A stretch of DNA of 13,639 nucleotides from contig JBLIRO010000110.1 of assembly GCA_049472335.1 (NCBI GenBank), positions 1-13,639 on the forward strand, given 5' to 3'. The notes under the pieces were generated by a model. That model saw only the letters and a program-made list of their open reading frames with translations. It was not told the origin of the DNA and did no database searches. This document shows, one piece after another, positions 1 to 8,941 of this stretch (position 1 is its first letter; the number at the start of each line of letters is the position of its first letter). The DNA comes from a bacterium. GTDB taxonomy: Bacteria > SZUA-182 > DTGQ01 > JAFGSM01. The position numbers and the translations under genes are program-made.

Positions 1-57
1 GAAATAAATTCACATAGATCCCTCCTGATAATGGAATAGATCCTCCGTTAGATCAGG

Positions 58-100
58 AAAACCCCTCTGAATTGGGAAATGATCAGAGGGGTTTTTTTTT
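58..100 (+). terminator. Rho-independent terminator, possibly bidirectional
   Basis: 13 bp perfect stem AAAACCCCTCTGA (58-70) / TCAGAGGGGTTTT (83-95) with a T9 run at 92-100 on the + strand. The minus strand has only T4 after the stem. Confidence 0.8.
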
Positions 101-139
101 AATAAAACAGGAAATAAAAATCAGAAAATGTTGTTTTGA

Positions 140-1327
140 TCACATATTTATGCCGATAATAAGTTGTAAATTAAGACAACTGAAAACGAAATAGGTATTT
201 CCCTTTTCTGAAGCAATTTCACAGATGTGAAGGAGAAAATCCTGATGACCGGGAGTTTTGAAGAATTTTTCAGTGATATGCACCAGTGGTTTCGGGAAAA
301 AGAAGGGACGTCCCGAGCCATCCCCTTCTTTGTATACTTCAAACAATGCCCATGCAAACCGTTGTGCATCATGGATATATTCTGAATAGGTCTTGCCTGT
401 GTATTCCCCCCCAGGACCGATAGCTGGGACGTCTTCAAAATGCTTCGGTATTTCCCAGTATAGATTGATATCACTGAAAATAGCCTGACCCCCTCTAGCT
501 ACTGCCTGCTGGGAGAATTCGAAAATCATTATCTGTGCCAATTGTTTTACATCACGATCGGAAAGATCTGTCAGATAAGGAGCAAAGAAGAGGTTTACCG
601 CATCCCACCCTATAGCGCCCGCAAAGTGACCCTGTAGACTGGCTGCAAACTTAACCATATGAGCAAGAAGGACCTCGGGGTGTTTAGCCGGTTTCGCAAT
701 TGAGAGCGCGTTTGGAAGATCCAGACCGAATTTTTTGACATACTCGAGTGATTGGCCAGAGCAATAAGGCCTATCACAAAAACCCAGATCATGGATATGA
801 AGGTCTCCCCGCATATGAGCATCTGCAACTTCCTGGGTAAAAACATTTAACAGCGCGTACTCTTTCTTGATATTTTCTGCAAGAGTCAGATTGGTCGCTT
901 CAGGTCCATGAGGTACATTGGCATTTTCCTTGTTATGATGCATGATAAGTTGATCAACATCATAGAGAGGCATACCCAAACGGGTGTGCATTAACCGGGC
1001 CCTTTCCAGTCCGTGCTCGATAAGCTTTGCATCCACCATTTCGCGTATAAGCGGAGCAGTAATAACCTTGATACGGGAAGACATAATCTGACTTTCCACT
1101 TCACGGCTTATCAGATCTGCCGTGTCGGTATCCACATATGTCTCCCTGATCAGGGCTTCAACAATCTTACCTCTATCCCAAGTGACCAGATCTTCATCAG
1201 ATATCCTGACAAAGAGTGAAAGATCGGTTGTTTCAAAATCAGAGCAAGGAAAACGCTTTATCCTTTGCTCTTTATTAGATGTTTGAATATTTTGAACACT
1301 TGACTTCAACTGAGCTATACTCTTCAT
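140..1327 (-). pseudogene. nrdD: Anaerobic (class III) ribonucleoside-triphosphate reductase, N-terminal ~382 aa only; interrupted or truncated at 182/181
   Basis: ATP-cone-like N-terminus (WDRGKIVEALIRET...IREMVDAKLIEHG), then HMRGDLHIHDL-x4-RPYC, GQAIFSDINL, GRPFFFPKP and KGNTYFVF. After that come 13 apparently unrelated residues (SCLNLQLIIGINM*) and a stop. No finger-loop Cys, Zn ribbon or glycyl-radical RxxGY region in the window. Start placed at ATG 1327 after a G-rich SD (GGGGGAGTGAGG); the ORF-track start at 1423 lies inside an NrdR box. Confidence 0.88.
162..181. repeat. Inverted repeat AGTTGT-N8-ACAACT at the nrdD breakpoint
   Basis: Arms at 162-167 and 176-181 with an 8 bp spacer. 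It directly abuts the last NrdD-like codon (182-184). Confidence 0.55.
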
Positions 1328-1386
1328 TAGCCTCACTCCCCCCCAGGTTTGGCTGTTAGATTGATTGAGAATTAATTTATGATTAG

Positions 1387-1402
1387 ATACATTATTTTGT
1401 AT
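1387..1402. promoter_or_regulatory. NrdR box 2 (degenerate)
   Basis: ATACATTATTTTGTAT, 4 mismatches to box 1 and 31 bp from it, which is the typical tandem NrdR-box spacing. Confidence 0.7.
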
Positions 1403-1417
1403 GATCAAAAAACCAAA

Positions 1418-1433
1418 ACACAATATATTGTGT
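1418..1433. promoter_or_regulatory. NrdR box 1
   Basis: Perfect palindrome ACACAATATATTGTGT matching the NrdR consensus acaCwAtATaTwGtgt, just downstream of the predicted nrdD transcription start. Confidence 0.92.
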
Positions 1434-1443
1434 TATTGGGTCG

Positions 1444-1472
1444 ATTATAAAATGGAAATAATTTGCTGTCAA
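1444..1472 (-). promoter_or_regulatory. sigma70 promoter of nrdD
   Basis: Minus strand TTGACA (1472-1467), 17 bp spacer, TATAAT (1449-1444): perfect consensus. Confidence 0.88.
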
Positions 1473-1642
1473 GAGAAATTTTTGACCATTTAAAGGGGGT
1501 ATTTTCGTTTTTTCTCTCTTATGCTCTTTTGATCTTTCATTATAATACATTTTGAAGTAAATTTGATTTTTATTTAAAATTTATCAAAGACCATTCATAA
1601 CCAAAAAGTCTCTGGATTAACCCTTTCAATTTTTTATGTGAT

Positions 1643-1676
1643 CTTTCCACAATTATTGTGGACAACCTGTGGATAA
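1643..1676. promoter_or_regulatory. Cluster of three DnaA boxes
   Basis: CTTTCCACA (1643-1651), TGTGGACAA (1657-1665) and perfect TGTGGATAA (1668-1676). Further candidates: ATATCCACA (1836-1844), TGAGAATAA (1812-1820), TGTGAAAAA (1860-1868). Confidence 0.72.
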
Positions 1677-2028
1677 CTGCAATTGCATCCTTGACTTTTA
1701 CTTGAAAATCATGGCGTATAACAGATTGGCCAAAGGGTAATCAAACCTTGTAATATCTTTTAATTTCAAATATTTATGCAATGTATTACTTGGTGATATT
1801 TTTGCAGTTTTTGAGAATAAAATCCATTCGTAAAAATATCCACAGGTATTGGATGTGACTGTGAAAAAAAATACAAAAATGAAACAATCATGAATTCCAA
1901 AATAATATAGAAAGAAATTGCAGATTTGAAGTTAAGTTTAGTATTTTCAGTGATTTTGGATACTTTACTTTAATTCTTTGCAACCTTTGCATATTAGTGG
2001 CAATTTTAATAAAAACACCTCTTATGAT

Positions 2029-2057
2029 TTGAAAATGCGACTGATTTGTGTTAATGT
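2029..2057 (+). promoter_or_regulatory. Candidate sigma70 promoter for the eno operon
   Basis: TTGAAA, 17 bp spacer, TAATGT with an extended -10 TG. The AT-rich background makes chance matches likely. Confidence 0.3.
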
Positions 2058-2119
2058 TCATCATTGAAACACGAAATTAAAAAATTATCAATAATATAAA
2101 TCTGATATTTGATAAATAA

Positions 2120-3424
<1,305 letters not shown>

Positions 3425-3437
3425 TCGAACACAACAT

Positions 3438-3812
3438 ATGCGCTCCATCAGACCTGATTCTTTAGAAAAAAAAGGTACCGTTTCAAGGATAAAGAAAGTC
3501 GACAGAAAGAAGAAGAGCCTTGAATACTGGATAGTATGGCTCCTTTTTTTGGCGGTCTTTTTTATTTTTTTAACTATTTTCGGTAAAAATGGCCTTCTTC
3601 AGGTCGGTGATTTGAAGAAGGTTCGTTTATTGCTCACCGAGGAAATTTGGGCGCTACGCGAAGAGAATGATGCTTTAAGGAAGGAAATCAGGGGGTTAAA
3701 AGAGGACCCCTTTTTTATTGAAAAGGTAGCAAGAGAGGAGTTGAATCTGGTTCGGCCGAATGAGCTTGTATATTATTTTGATTTATCATCCGCTGATACA
3801 GGAAATAAGTAA
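3438..3812 (+). CDS. ftsB: Septum formation initiator FtsB/DivIC family protein
   Basis: Single transmembrane segment, then GKNGL, a coiled coil, and IEKVAREELNLVRPNELVY. Conserved position directly after eno. Confidence 0.88.
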   Translation: MRSIRPDSLEKKGTVSRIKKVDRKKKSLEYWIVWLLFLAVFFIFLTIFGKNGLLQVGDLKKVRLLLTEEIWALREENDALRKEIRGLKEDPFFIEKVAREELNLVRPNELVYYFDLSSADTGNK

Positions 3813-3818
3813 TAGATA

Positions 3819-4748
3819 ATGAAAAGGGTTCTTATTACGGGAGGTGCCGGTTTTTTAGGGTCGCATCTGTGCGATTTTTTCCTGGCCCATAATTATGAGG
3901 TAATCTGTATGGATAACCTTATAACGGGAAATATAGAAAATATTGCCCATATCAGATCGGAAAACTTCCTTTTCATTAAACATGATGTTACGAATTATAT
4001 CTATATAGACGGGCCATTAGACTATATTCTACACTTTGCCAGTCCTGCAAGTCCCATCGATTATCAGGAGCTTCCTATCCAGACCCTTAAAGTGGGCTCT
4101 CTTGGTACCCATAAGGCCTTGGGGCTTGCGAAAGAAAAGAAGGCAACCTTCCTTCTTGCATCCACGTCCGAAGTATATGGAGATCCCCTGATCCATCCCC
4201 AGAAAGAAGACTATTGGGGGAATGTCAATCCTATCGGCCCCAGAGGAGTTTACGACGAAGCAAAGAGGTTTGCGGAAGCGCTTACAATGGCCTATCACCG
4301 GTATCATGGAGTGGACACCAGAATAGTCAGGATTTTCAATACCTATGGTCCAAGAATGAGGCTGGGAGACGGCAGGGTGGTGCCAACCATGATGGCTCAA
4401 GCATTACGAGGTGAAGAGCTTACTGTGTTCGGAGATGGAAAACAGACCAGGAGTTTTTGCTTTGTGGATGACCTGGTGAAGGGGATTTATTCCCTATTGA
4501 TGTCGGATCATGTTTTTCCGGTTAATTTAGGTAATCCCGATGAAATGACTATCCTCGATTTTACGTTTTTGTTAAAGGATATTACTCATACAAAAAGTCC
4601 TATTACCTTTTTGGCTTTACCGGTAGATGATCCGAAGGTACGGCAGCCGGATATAAGCAAAGCAAGAGAGATCCTCGGATGGCGGCCAAAGATTGATTTA
4701 AAAACAGGCCTGGAGATAACAATGCAATGGTTTAAAAAGAGGTTATAG
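3819..4748 (+). CDS. UDP-glucuronic acid decarboxylase (UDP-xylose synthase) family, extended SDR
   Basis: [63 protein letters not shown] motifs. Confidence 0.92.
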   Translation: MKRVLITGGAGFLGSHLCDFFLAHNYEVICMDNLITGNIENIAHIRSENFLFIKHDVTNYIYIDGPLDYILHFASPASPIDYQELPIQTLKVGSLGTHKALGLAKEKKATFLLASTSEVYGDPLIHPQKEDYWGNVNPIGPRGVYDEAKRFAEALTMAYHRYHGVDTRIVRIFNTYGPRMRLGDGRVVPTMMAQALRGEELTVFGDGKQTRSFCFVDDLVKGIYSLLMSDHVFPVNLGNPDEMTILDFTFLLKDITHTKSPITFLALPVDDPKVRQPDISKAREILGWRPKIDLKTGLEITMQWFKKRL

Positions 4749-4749
4749 A

Positions 4750-4909
4750 CTAACTACTCAAAACTGTATGGTATTCGAGTAATTAATGAAAATTGCAAAA
4801 TGCAAAATGAAAAATGAAAATTTAAGTAATACATTATTTTGCATTTTAAAATTTGCATTTTGAATTTTGCAATTTTTTTCAAGATCATACCGTGATTTTG
4901 AGTAGTTAC
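4750..4909. mobile_element. 160 bp non-autonomous element (MITE) with IS66-type ends and 8 bp target-site duplication
   Basis: 13 bp perfect terminal IRs TAACTACTCAAAA (4751-4763) / TTTTGAGTAGTTA (4896-4908); the right end reads GTAACTACTCA on the minus strand. Direct repeat GTTATAGA at 4742-4749 and 4910-4917. No transposase inside. Confidence 0.8.
4785..4879. repeat. Inverted arrays of degenerate heptamer repeats forming a long imperfect hairpin
   Basis: GAAAATT GCAAAAT GCAAAAT GAAAAAT GAAAATT on the left faces ATTTTGC ATTTTAA AATTTGC ATTTTGA ATTTTGC AATTTTT on the right. Confidence 0.85.
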
Positions 4910-4943
4910 GTTATAGATTAATGGGTGCAGGAGGTTTAAACGC

Positions 4944-5873
4944 ATGAAGGTTTTGGTAACAGGGGGGGCCGGATTTATTGGCTCACATTGTGCGGATGCC
5001 TTTTTAAAGCAAGGACATGAGGTTGTGATTGTGGATAACCTTTCTTCCGGCAAGCGTGAAAATATTCCTAAAGGGACCAAATTCTATTGCCTGGACATAT
5101 TAGACAAGAGGTTGACAGAGGTCATGGATAATGAAAGACCGGATGTTATCTGTCACCATGCAGCCCAGGTAAGCGTTCGATTGTCAGTGGACGATCCTGT
5201 TAGGGATGCGGAGATAAATATTATTGGCGGGATCAAGATGACAAATCTGGCCATTGCCTTTGGAGTGAAAAGGTTCATCTTTTCATCAACGGGTGGAGCC
5301 ATCTATGGGGAGCAGGATGAATTCCCCGCGCCGGAATCACATCCCTTAAGGCCCTTATGTCCATATGGCGTTTCAAAACTTTCCTTTGAGAAATATCTGG
5401 ACTATTATCGTCAGGAATTTGGCCTTCAATATTGTATCCTTAGATATTCAAATGTTTACGGCCCCAGACAGGACCCTTTCGGAGAAGCGGGTGTAGTAGC
5501 TATTTTTTCAGAGAGATTCCTTGAAGGCAAGCAGCCGGTTATAAACGGTGATGGCGAACAAACAAGAGACTTCGTATATGTAGGGGATGTGGCCAGGGCC
5601 AATGTTATGGCACTTGGTCTGTCTGGAAGCCGTTGTTTTAATATCAGCACGGGACAGGAAACCTCCATCAACGATATTTTTGGACTTTTGAAGGATTTGA
5701 CCGGGAGCGGTTTGAAGGAAGTGCATGGACCGGAAAAACAGGGTGAGCAGAAGCGGAGTGTAATATTACCGGAACTGGCAAAAAAGAGTATTGGCTGGAA
5801 ACCGGAAGTCCCCTTAAAAGAAGGCCTTGGATACACAGTGGAATATTTTAGAAATCAGAGCAAAAAGCAATAG
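4944..5873 (+). CDS. NAD-dependent epimerase/dehydratase, UDP-glucose 4-epimerase-like
   Basis: GGAGFIG, HHAAQVSV, SSTGGAIYG, PYGVSK (YxxxK), RYSNVYGPRQDPFGEAGVVAIF, GDGEQTRDFVYV; SD AGGAGG. Confidence 0.92.
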   Translation: MKVLVTGGAGFIGSHCADAFLKQGHEVVIVDNLSSGKRENIPKGTKFYCLDILDKRLTEVMDNERPDVICHHAAQVSVRLSVDDPVRDAEINIIGGIKMTNLAIAFGVKRFIFSSTGGAIYGEQDEFPAPESHPLRPLCPYGVSKLSFEKYLDYYRQEFGLQYCILRYSNVYGPRQDPFGEAGVVAIFSERFLEGKQPVINGDGEQTRDFVYVGDVARANVMALGLSGSRCFNISTGQETSINDIFGLLKDLTGSGLKEVHGPEKQGEQKRSVILPELAKKSIGWKPEVPLKEGLGYTVEYFRNQSKKQ

Positions 5874-5877
5874 GATT

Positions 5878-6447
5878 ATGCAGAAAGATAAAGAAAGCAA
5901 ATCAAAACTCATAATGAATAAGACCCAGATCCATGGGGCTATCCGTAAGATGGCCGGCCAGATTGTCGCGGATTTTTCTCCAATCGATGGAGTGGTTATG
6001 ATCGGTATAAGGACCCGTGGTGCTGATTTGACAAGAAGGTTGGTCAATGAGATTGAAGGCATTAGCGGATATCGTATGCAGATTGGTTTTATTGATACTA
6101 CATTTTATCGTGATGATGTGTTGGCTTCCGGGCCGAAGCCGGTTATGAAAAAAACAGAGATACCTTTTAATCTTATGGACGAACGCGTTATTCTTGTTGA
6201 TGATGTTCTGTATACGGGTCGAACCATAAGGGCGGCATTGGATGCGTTGATGGATTTTGGCCGTCCAAAATGCATAAGACTTGCTGTCCTGATTGACCGC
6301 GGGCACCGTGAGTTGCCCATTCAGCCCGATTATATCGGGAAACGGTTGGATACTTCCGAAGCGGAATCAGTGCAGGTAAGACTCCAGGAGGAAGGGGAGC
6401 CGGACAGGGTCGTAATCCTGCCTTATCCAGAAAGGGTGACCTGGTAA
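5878..6447 (+). CDS. pyrR: Bifunctional pyr operon regulator / uracil phosphoribosyltransferase PyrR
   Basis: GIRTRG, FYRDD, PRPP motif VILVDDVLYTGRTIRAALDAL, DRGHRELPIQPDYIG. Start moved to the in-frame ATG at 5878, just after the upstream stop. Confidence 0.95.
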   Translation: MQKDKESKSKLIMNKTQIHGAIRKMAGQIVADFSPIDGVVMIGIRTRGADLTRRLVNEIEGISGYRMQIGFIDTTFYRDDVLASGPKPVMKKTEIPFNLMDERVILVDDVLYTGRTIRAALDALMDFGRPKCIRLAVLIDRGHRELPIQPDYIGKRLDTSEAESVQVRLQEEGEPDRVVILPYPERVTW

Positions 6448-6450
6448 ACG

Positions 6451-7392
6451 ATGATGGTTTCCCGGTCAGATAGACTTAATCGAAAGGATCTGCTGGGCAT
6501 CGAAGACCTTACGAAAAAAGAGATCGAGCTTATCCTGAATACAGCGGATGTCTTTAAAGAGGTCCTTACCAGGGATATCAAGAAAGTTCCCACTCTGCGC
6601 GGCAGAACGGTCGTAAATCTTTTTCTTGAACCCAGCACCAGGACAAGAATGTCTTTCGAGATAGCGGGCAAGCGGCTCAGCGCTGATACTATTAATATAT
6701 CCGCTCAGGCCAGCAGTCTTGTCAAGGGTGAGAGCCTCAAGGATATGGCAAAAAACCTGGAGGCAATGAATCCGGATATCATAGTGATCCGCCATTCGGT
6801 TCCGGGCGCCCCTCACATGCTAGCCAGGATGTGCCGTTTTTCGGTTATTAATGCAGGTGACGGCTCACATGAGCATCCTACGCAGGCCCTTCTGGACATG
6901 CTTACCATAAGAGAAAAGAAGGGGAAACTGGCCGGACTTAAAGTTGCCATTGTAGGCGATATAACTCATAGCAGAGTCGCCCGGTCGAATATTTTCGGCC
7001 TTACCCGTATGGGTGCTCATGTAAGAATTATAGGTCCTCCCACATTTATCCCCCCATATATAGAAGAGCTTGGTGTTGAAGTGATTTTTGACCTTCAGAA
7101 AGGCATCCGGGACAGGGATGTTATAATGATGCTCAGGATACAGAAAGAACGGGAAAAAAGACACCTTTTCCCGACAATCAGGGAATATGCGCGTCTTTTT
7201 TGCCTGACAAACGAGAAGCTAAAGAAGGTGCCCGAAGGGTGTGTGATAATGCATCCCGGACCTATTAACAGGGGGGTGGAAATTGATCCGGAAGTAGCCG
7301 ATGGCAAACATTCGGTGATACTGGATCAGGTAACTAACGGCCTGGCGGTGCGTATGGCCCTTTTGTATCTTCTTTTAGGGGAGAAGCAATGA
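6451..7392 (+). CDS. pyrB: Aspartate carbamoyltransferase catalytic subunit
   Basis: [53 protein letters not shown]. Confidence 0.98.
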   Translation: MMVSRSDRLNRKDLLGIEDLTKKEIELILNTADVFKEVLTRDIKKVPTLRGRTVVNLFLEPSTRTRMSFEIAGKRLSADTINISAQASSLVKGESLKDMAKNLEAMNPDIIVIRHSVPGAPHMLARMCRFSVINAGDGSHEHPTQALLDMLTIREKKGKLAGLKVAIVGDITHSRVARSNIFGLTRMGAHVRIIGPPTFIPPYIEELGVEVIFDLQKGIRDRDVIMMLRIQKEREKRHLFPTIREYARLFCLTNEKLKKVPEGCVIMHPGPINRGVEIDPEVADGKHSVILDQVTNGLAVRMALLYLLLGEKQ

Positions 7393-8669
7393 AGACTATC
7401 CTGTTAAAAGGAGGACGGGTAATAGATCCGGCTAATGGTATAGATGCAAAGCATAATATATTAATAAGAGGGGAAAAGATCGTTGAGGTCGGACCTTCAA
7501 TAGCGGCCCCTGAGGGATCAGAGATTATAGACTGCAAAGGGTATATAATTTCACCCGGTCTGATCGATATGCATACGCATCTGAGAGAACCTGGCCGTGA
7601 AGATAAAGAGACCATAAAAACCGGTATCGCGGCGGCAGCAGCCGGTGGTTTTACCTCTATTGCATGTATGCCAAATACCTCCCCTGTAAATGATACGGCT
7701 TCCGTGACAGAATTTATACTAAGAAAAGCAAAAGAAATCGGAACCGTCCAGGTCTTGCCCATAGGCGCCATCACTAAGGGGCTGAAAGGGGAAACCCTTT
7801 CAGAGATGGGAGAGCTGAAAGATGCAGGGGCCTTTGCACTGTCAGATGATGGCCGGCCTGTTAAAAATAGCGACCTGATGAGGCGTGCTCTGGAATATGC
7901 CGGGATGTTTGACCTTCTTATTATATCCCATTGCGAGGACATGGACCTGGCAGGTGACGGAGTGATAAATGAGGGACGGATGTCCACCCGTCTCGGTCTC
8001 TCCGGCATTCCTTCTGAAGCGGAGGAAGTCATCGTGGCCAGAGAGATTTGCTTGTCCAGGCTTGCCAAGAGGCCGATACATATTGCACATGTGAGTACTG
8101 CCGGCAGTGTTCGTCTTATAAGGATGGCAAAGAAGGAAGGGGTTCCTGTAACGGCCGAAGTGACACCTCATCATTTATGTCTTTCCGAAGAGGCTGTTGC
8201 GGATTTTGATACAAACACCAAAGTGAATCCTCCTTTAAGGACTAAGGCGGATCAAAATGCATTGATAGAGGGGTTGCTGGACGGAACAATCGATGCCATA
8301 GCATCGGATCATGCCCCTCATACTCTTGCGGAAAAGGAATTGGAGTATACCTTCGCTCCTTTCGGAATAATCGGAATGGAAACCTCTCTTCCTCTAATAC
8401 TTACAAACCTTTATCATCAAAAAATTATGGATCTCACTCAGATTGTGCAAAAGATGAGCCTCAATCCGGCATGTATACTGAATTTGGATAAAGGAAGACT
8501 ATCACCCGGCAGCATCGCTGATCTTACTGTGATTGACACAGACAAAGAGAAGGTAGTTGATGTATCCGCCTTCAGGTCAAAGGCGAGAAATTGTCCTTTC
8601 AATGGATGGTCCCTCAAGGGGTATCCTGTAATGACAATTTGCCATGGAAGGATTGTATTCAGATTATAA
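7389..8669 (+). CDS. pyrC: Dihydroorotase (long, type I)
   Basis: [46 protein letters not shown] overlap with pyrB. Confidence 0.96.
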   Translation: MKTILLKGGRVIDPANGIDAKHNILIRGEKIVEVGPSIAAPEGSEIIDCKGYIISPGLIDMHTHLREPGREDKETIKTGIAAAAAGGFTSIACMPNTSPVNDTASVTEFILRKAKEIGTVQVLPIGAITKGLKGETLSEMGELKDAGAFALSDDGRPVKNSDLMRRALEYAGMFDLLIISHCEDMDLAGDGVINEGRMSTRLGLSGIPSEAEEVIVAREICLSRLAKRPIHIAHVSTAGSVRLIRMAKKEGVPVTAEVTPHHLCLSEEAVADFDTNTKVNPPLRTKADQNALIEGLLDGTIDAIASDHAPHTLAEKELEYTFAPFGIIGMETSLPLILTNLYHQKIMDLTQIVQKMSLNPACILNLDKGRLSPGSIADLTVIDTDKEKVVDVSAFRSKARNCPFNGWSLKGYPVMTICHGRIVFRL

Positions 8670-8679
8670 AAGAAGTATA

Positions 8680-8707
8680 TTAGATTATAATTTACACTAT
8701 AATCTAA
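8680..8707. repeat. Inverted repeat TTAGATTATA-N8-TATAATCTAA
   Basis: 10 bp perfect arms at 8680-8689 and 8698-8707, just downstream of pyrC. Confidence 0.65.
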
Positions 8708-8744
8708 AAAAACATACCTTATATAGTTAAAAAAAACATACCTT
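8706..8744. repeat. 15 bp direct repeat AAAAAAACATACCTT, two copies
   Basis: Copies at 8706-8720 and 8730-8744 (24 bp period). Confidence 0.75.
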
Positions 8745-8754
8745 GTTTAGTTTG

Positions 8755-8767
8755 TAACCCATTGATA
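8755..8767 (-). promoter_or_regulatory. Candidate IHF binding site
   Basis: Minus strand TATCAATGGGTTA is an exact match to WATCAANNNNTTR. Confidence 0.5.
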
Positions 8768-8941
8768 ATTTGTTAAAAATAATATATAATTAAAATATGA
8801 AAATATGGTTTTCTAAAGTTTAAAATAGAAAATCACAAAAATCAAAAATATTTAAATAGAGGTTTTTTAAGAAAAAAATATATCTTTTTAAACAACTAAA
8901 ATGTTATGAAAAATCTGATAAAATGAATCACCGAGTGTGAA

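Noticed and set aside
163..180. GTTG...CAAC as a CRISPR repeat
   Set aside because: Single 18 bp copy with no spacers or cas genes.
100..182. Group I/II intron or intein as the cause of the nrdD break
   Set aside because: No GTGCG group II start at the junction, an in-frame stop after 13 codons rules out an intein, and I could not recognise a group I core. A group I intron is not fully excluded because the window ends.
1328..1423. N-terminal extension of the nrdD ORF in the track
   Set aside because: It overlaps the NrdR boxes and has no SD; the ATG at 1327 has a good SD.
1535..1562. dif-like site TTTCATTATAA-TACATT-TTGAAGTAAAT
   Set aside because: Only 7 of 11 matches to the XerD arm and a poor XerC arm, in very AT-rich DNA.
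5030..5038. Perfect DnaA box TGTGGATAA (another at 11670-11678)
   Set aside because: Isolated and inside coding sequence, where Val-Asp-Asn codons explain it.
4754..5080. 108 aa minus-strand ORF
   Set aside because: Antisense to the epimerase and reads through the MITE heptamer repeats; not a credible gene.
5827..5877. Extended pyrR start in the ORF track
   Set aside because: Overlaps the epimerase 3' end; ATG 5878 gives a normal-length PyrR.
7334..8068. 244 aa antisense ORF and other short shadow ORFs overlapping nrdD, eno, the SDR genes, pyr genes, the kinase and the lipoprotein
   Set aside because: They overlap well-supported genes and show no recognisable motifs.
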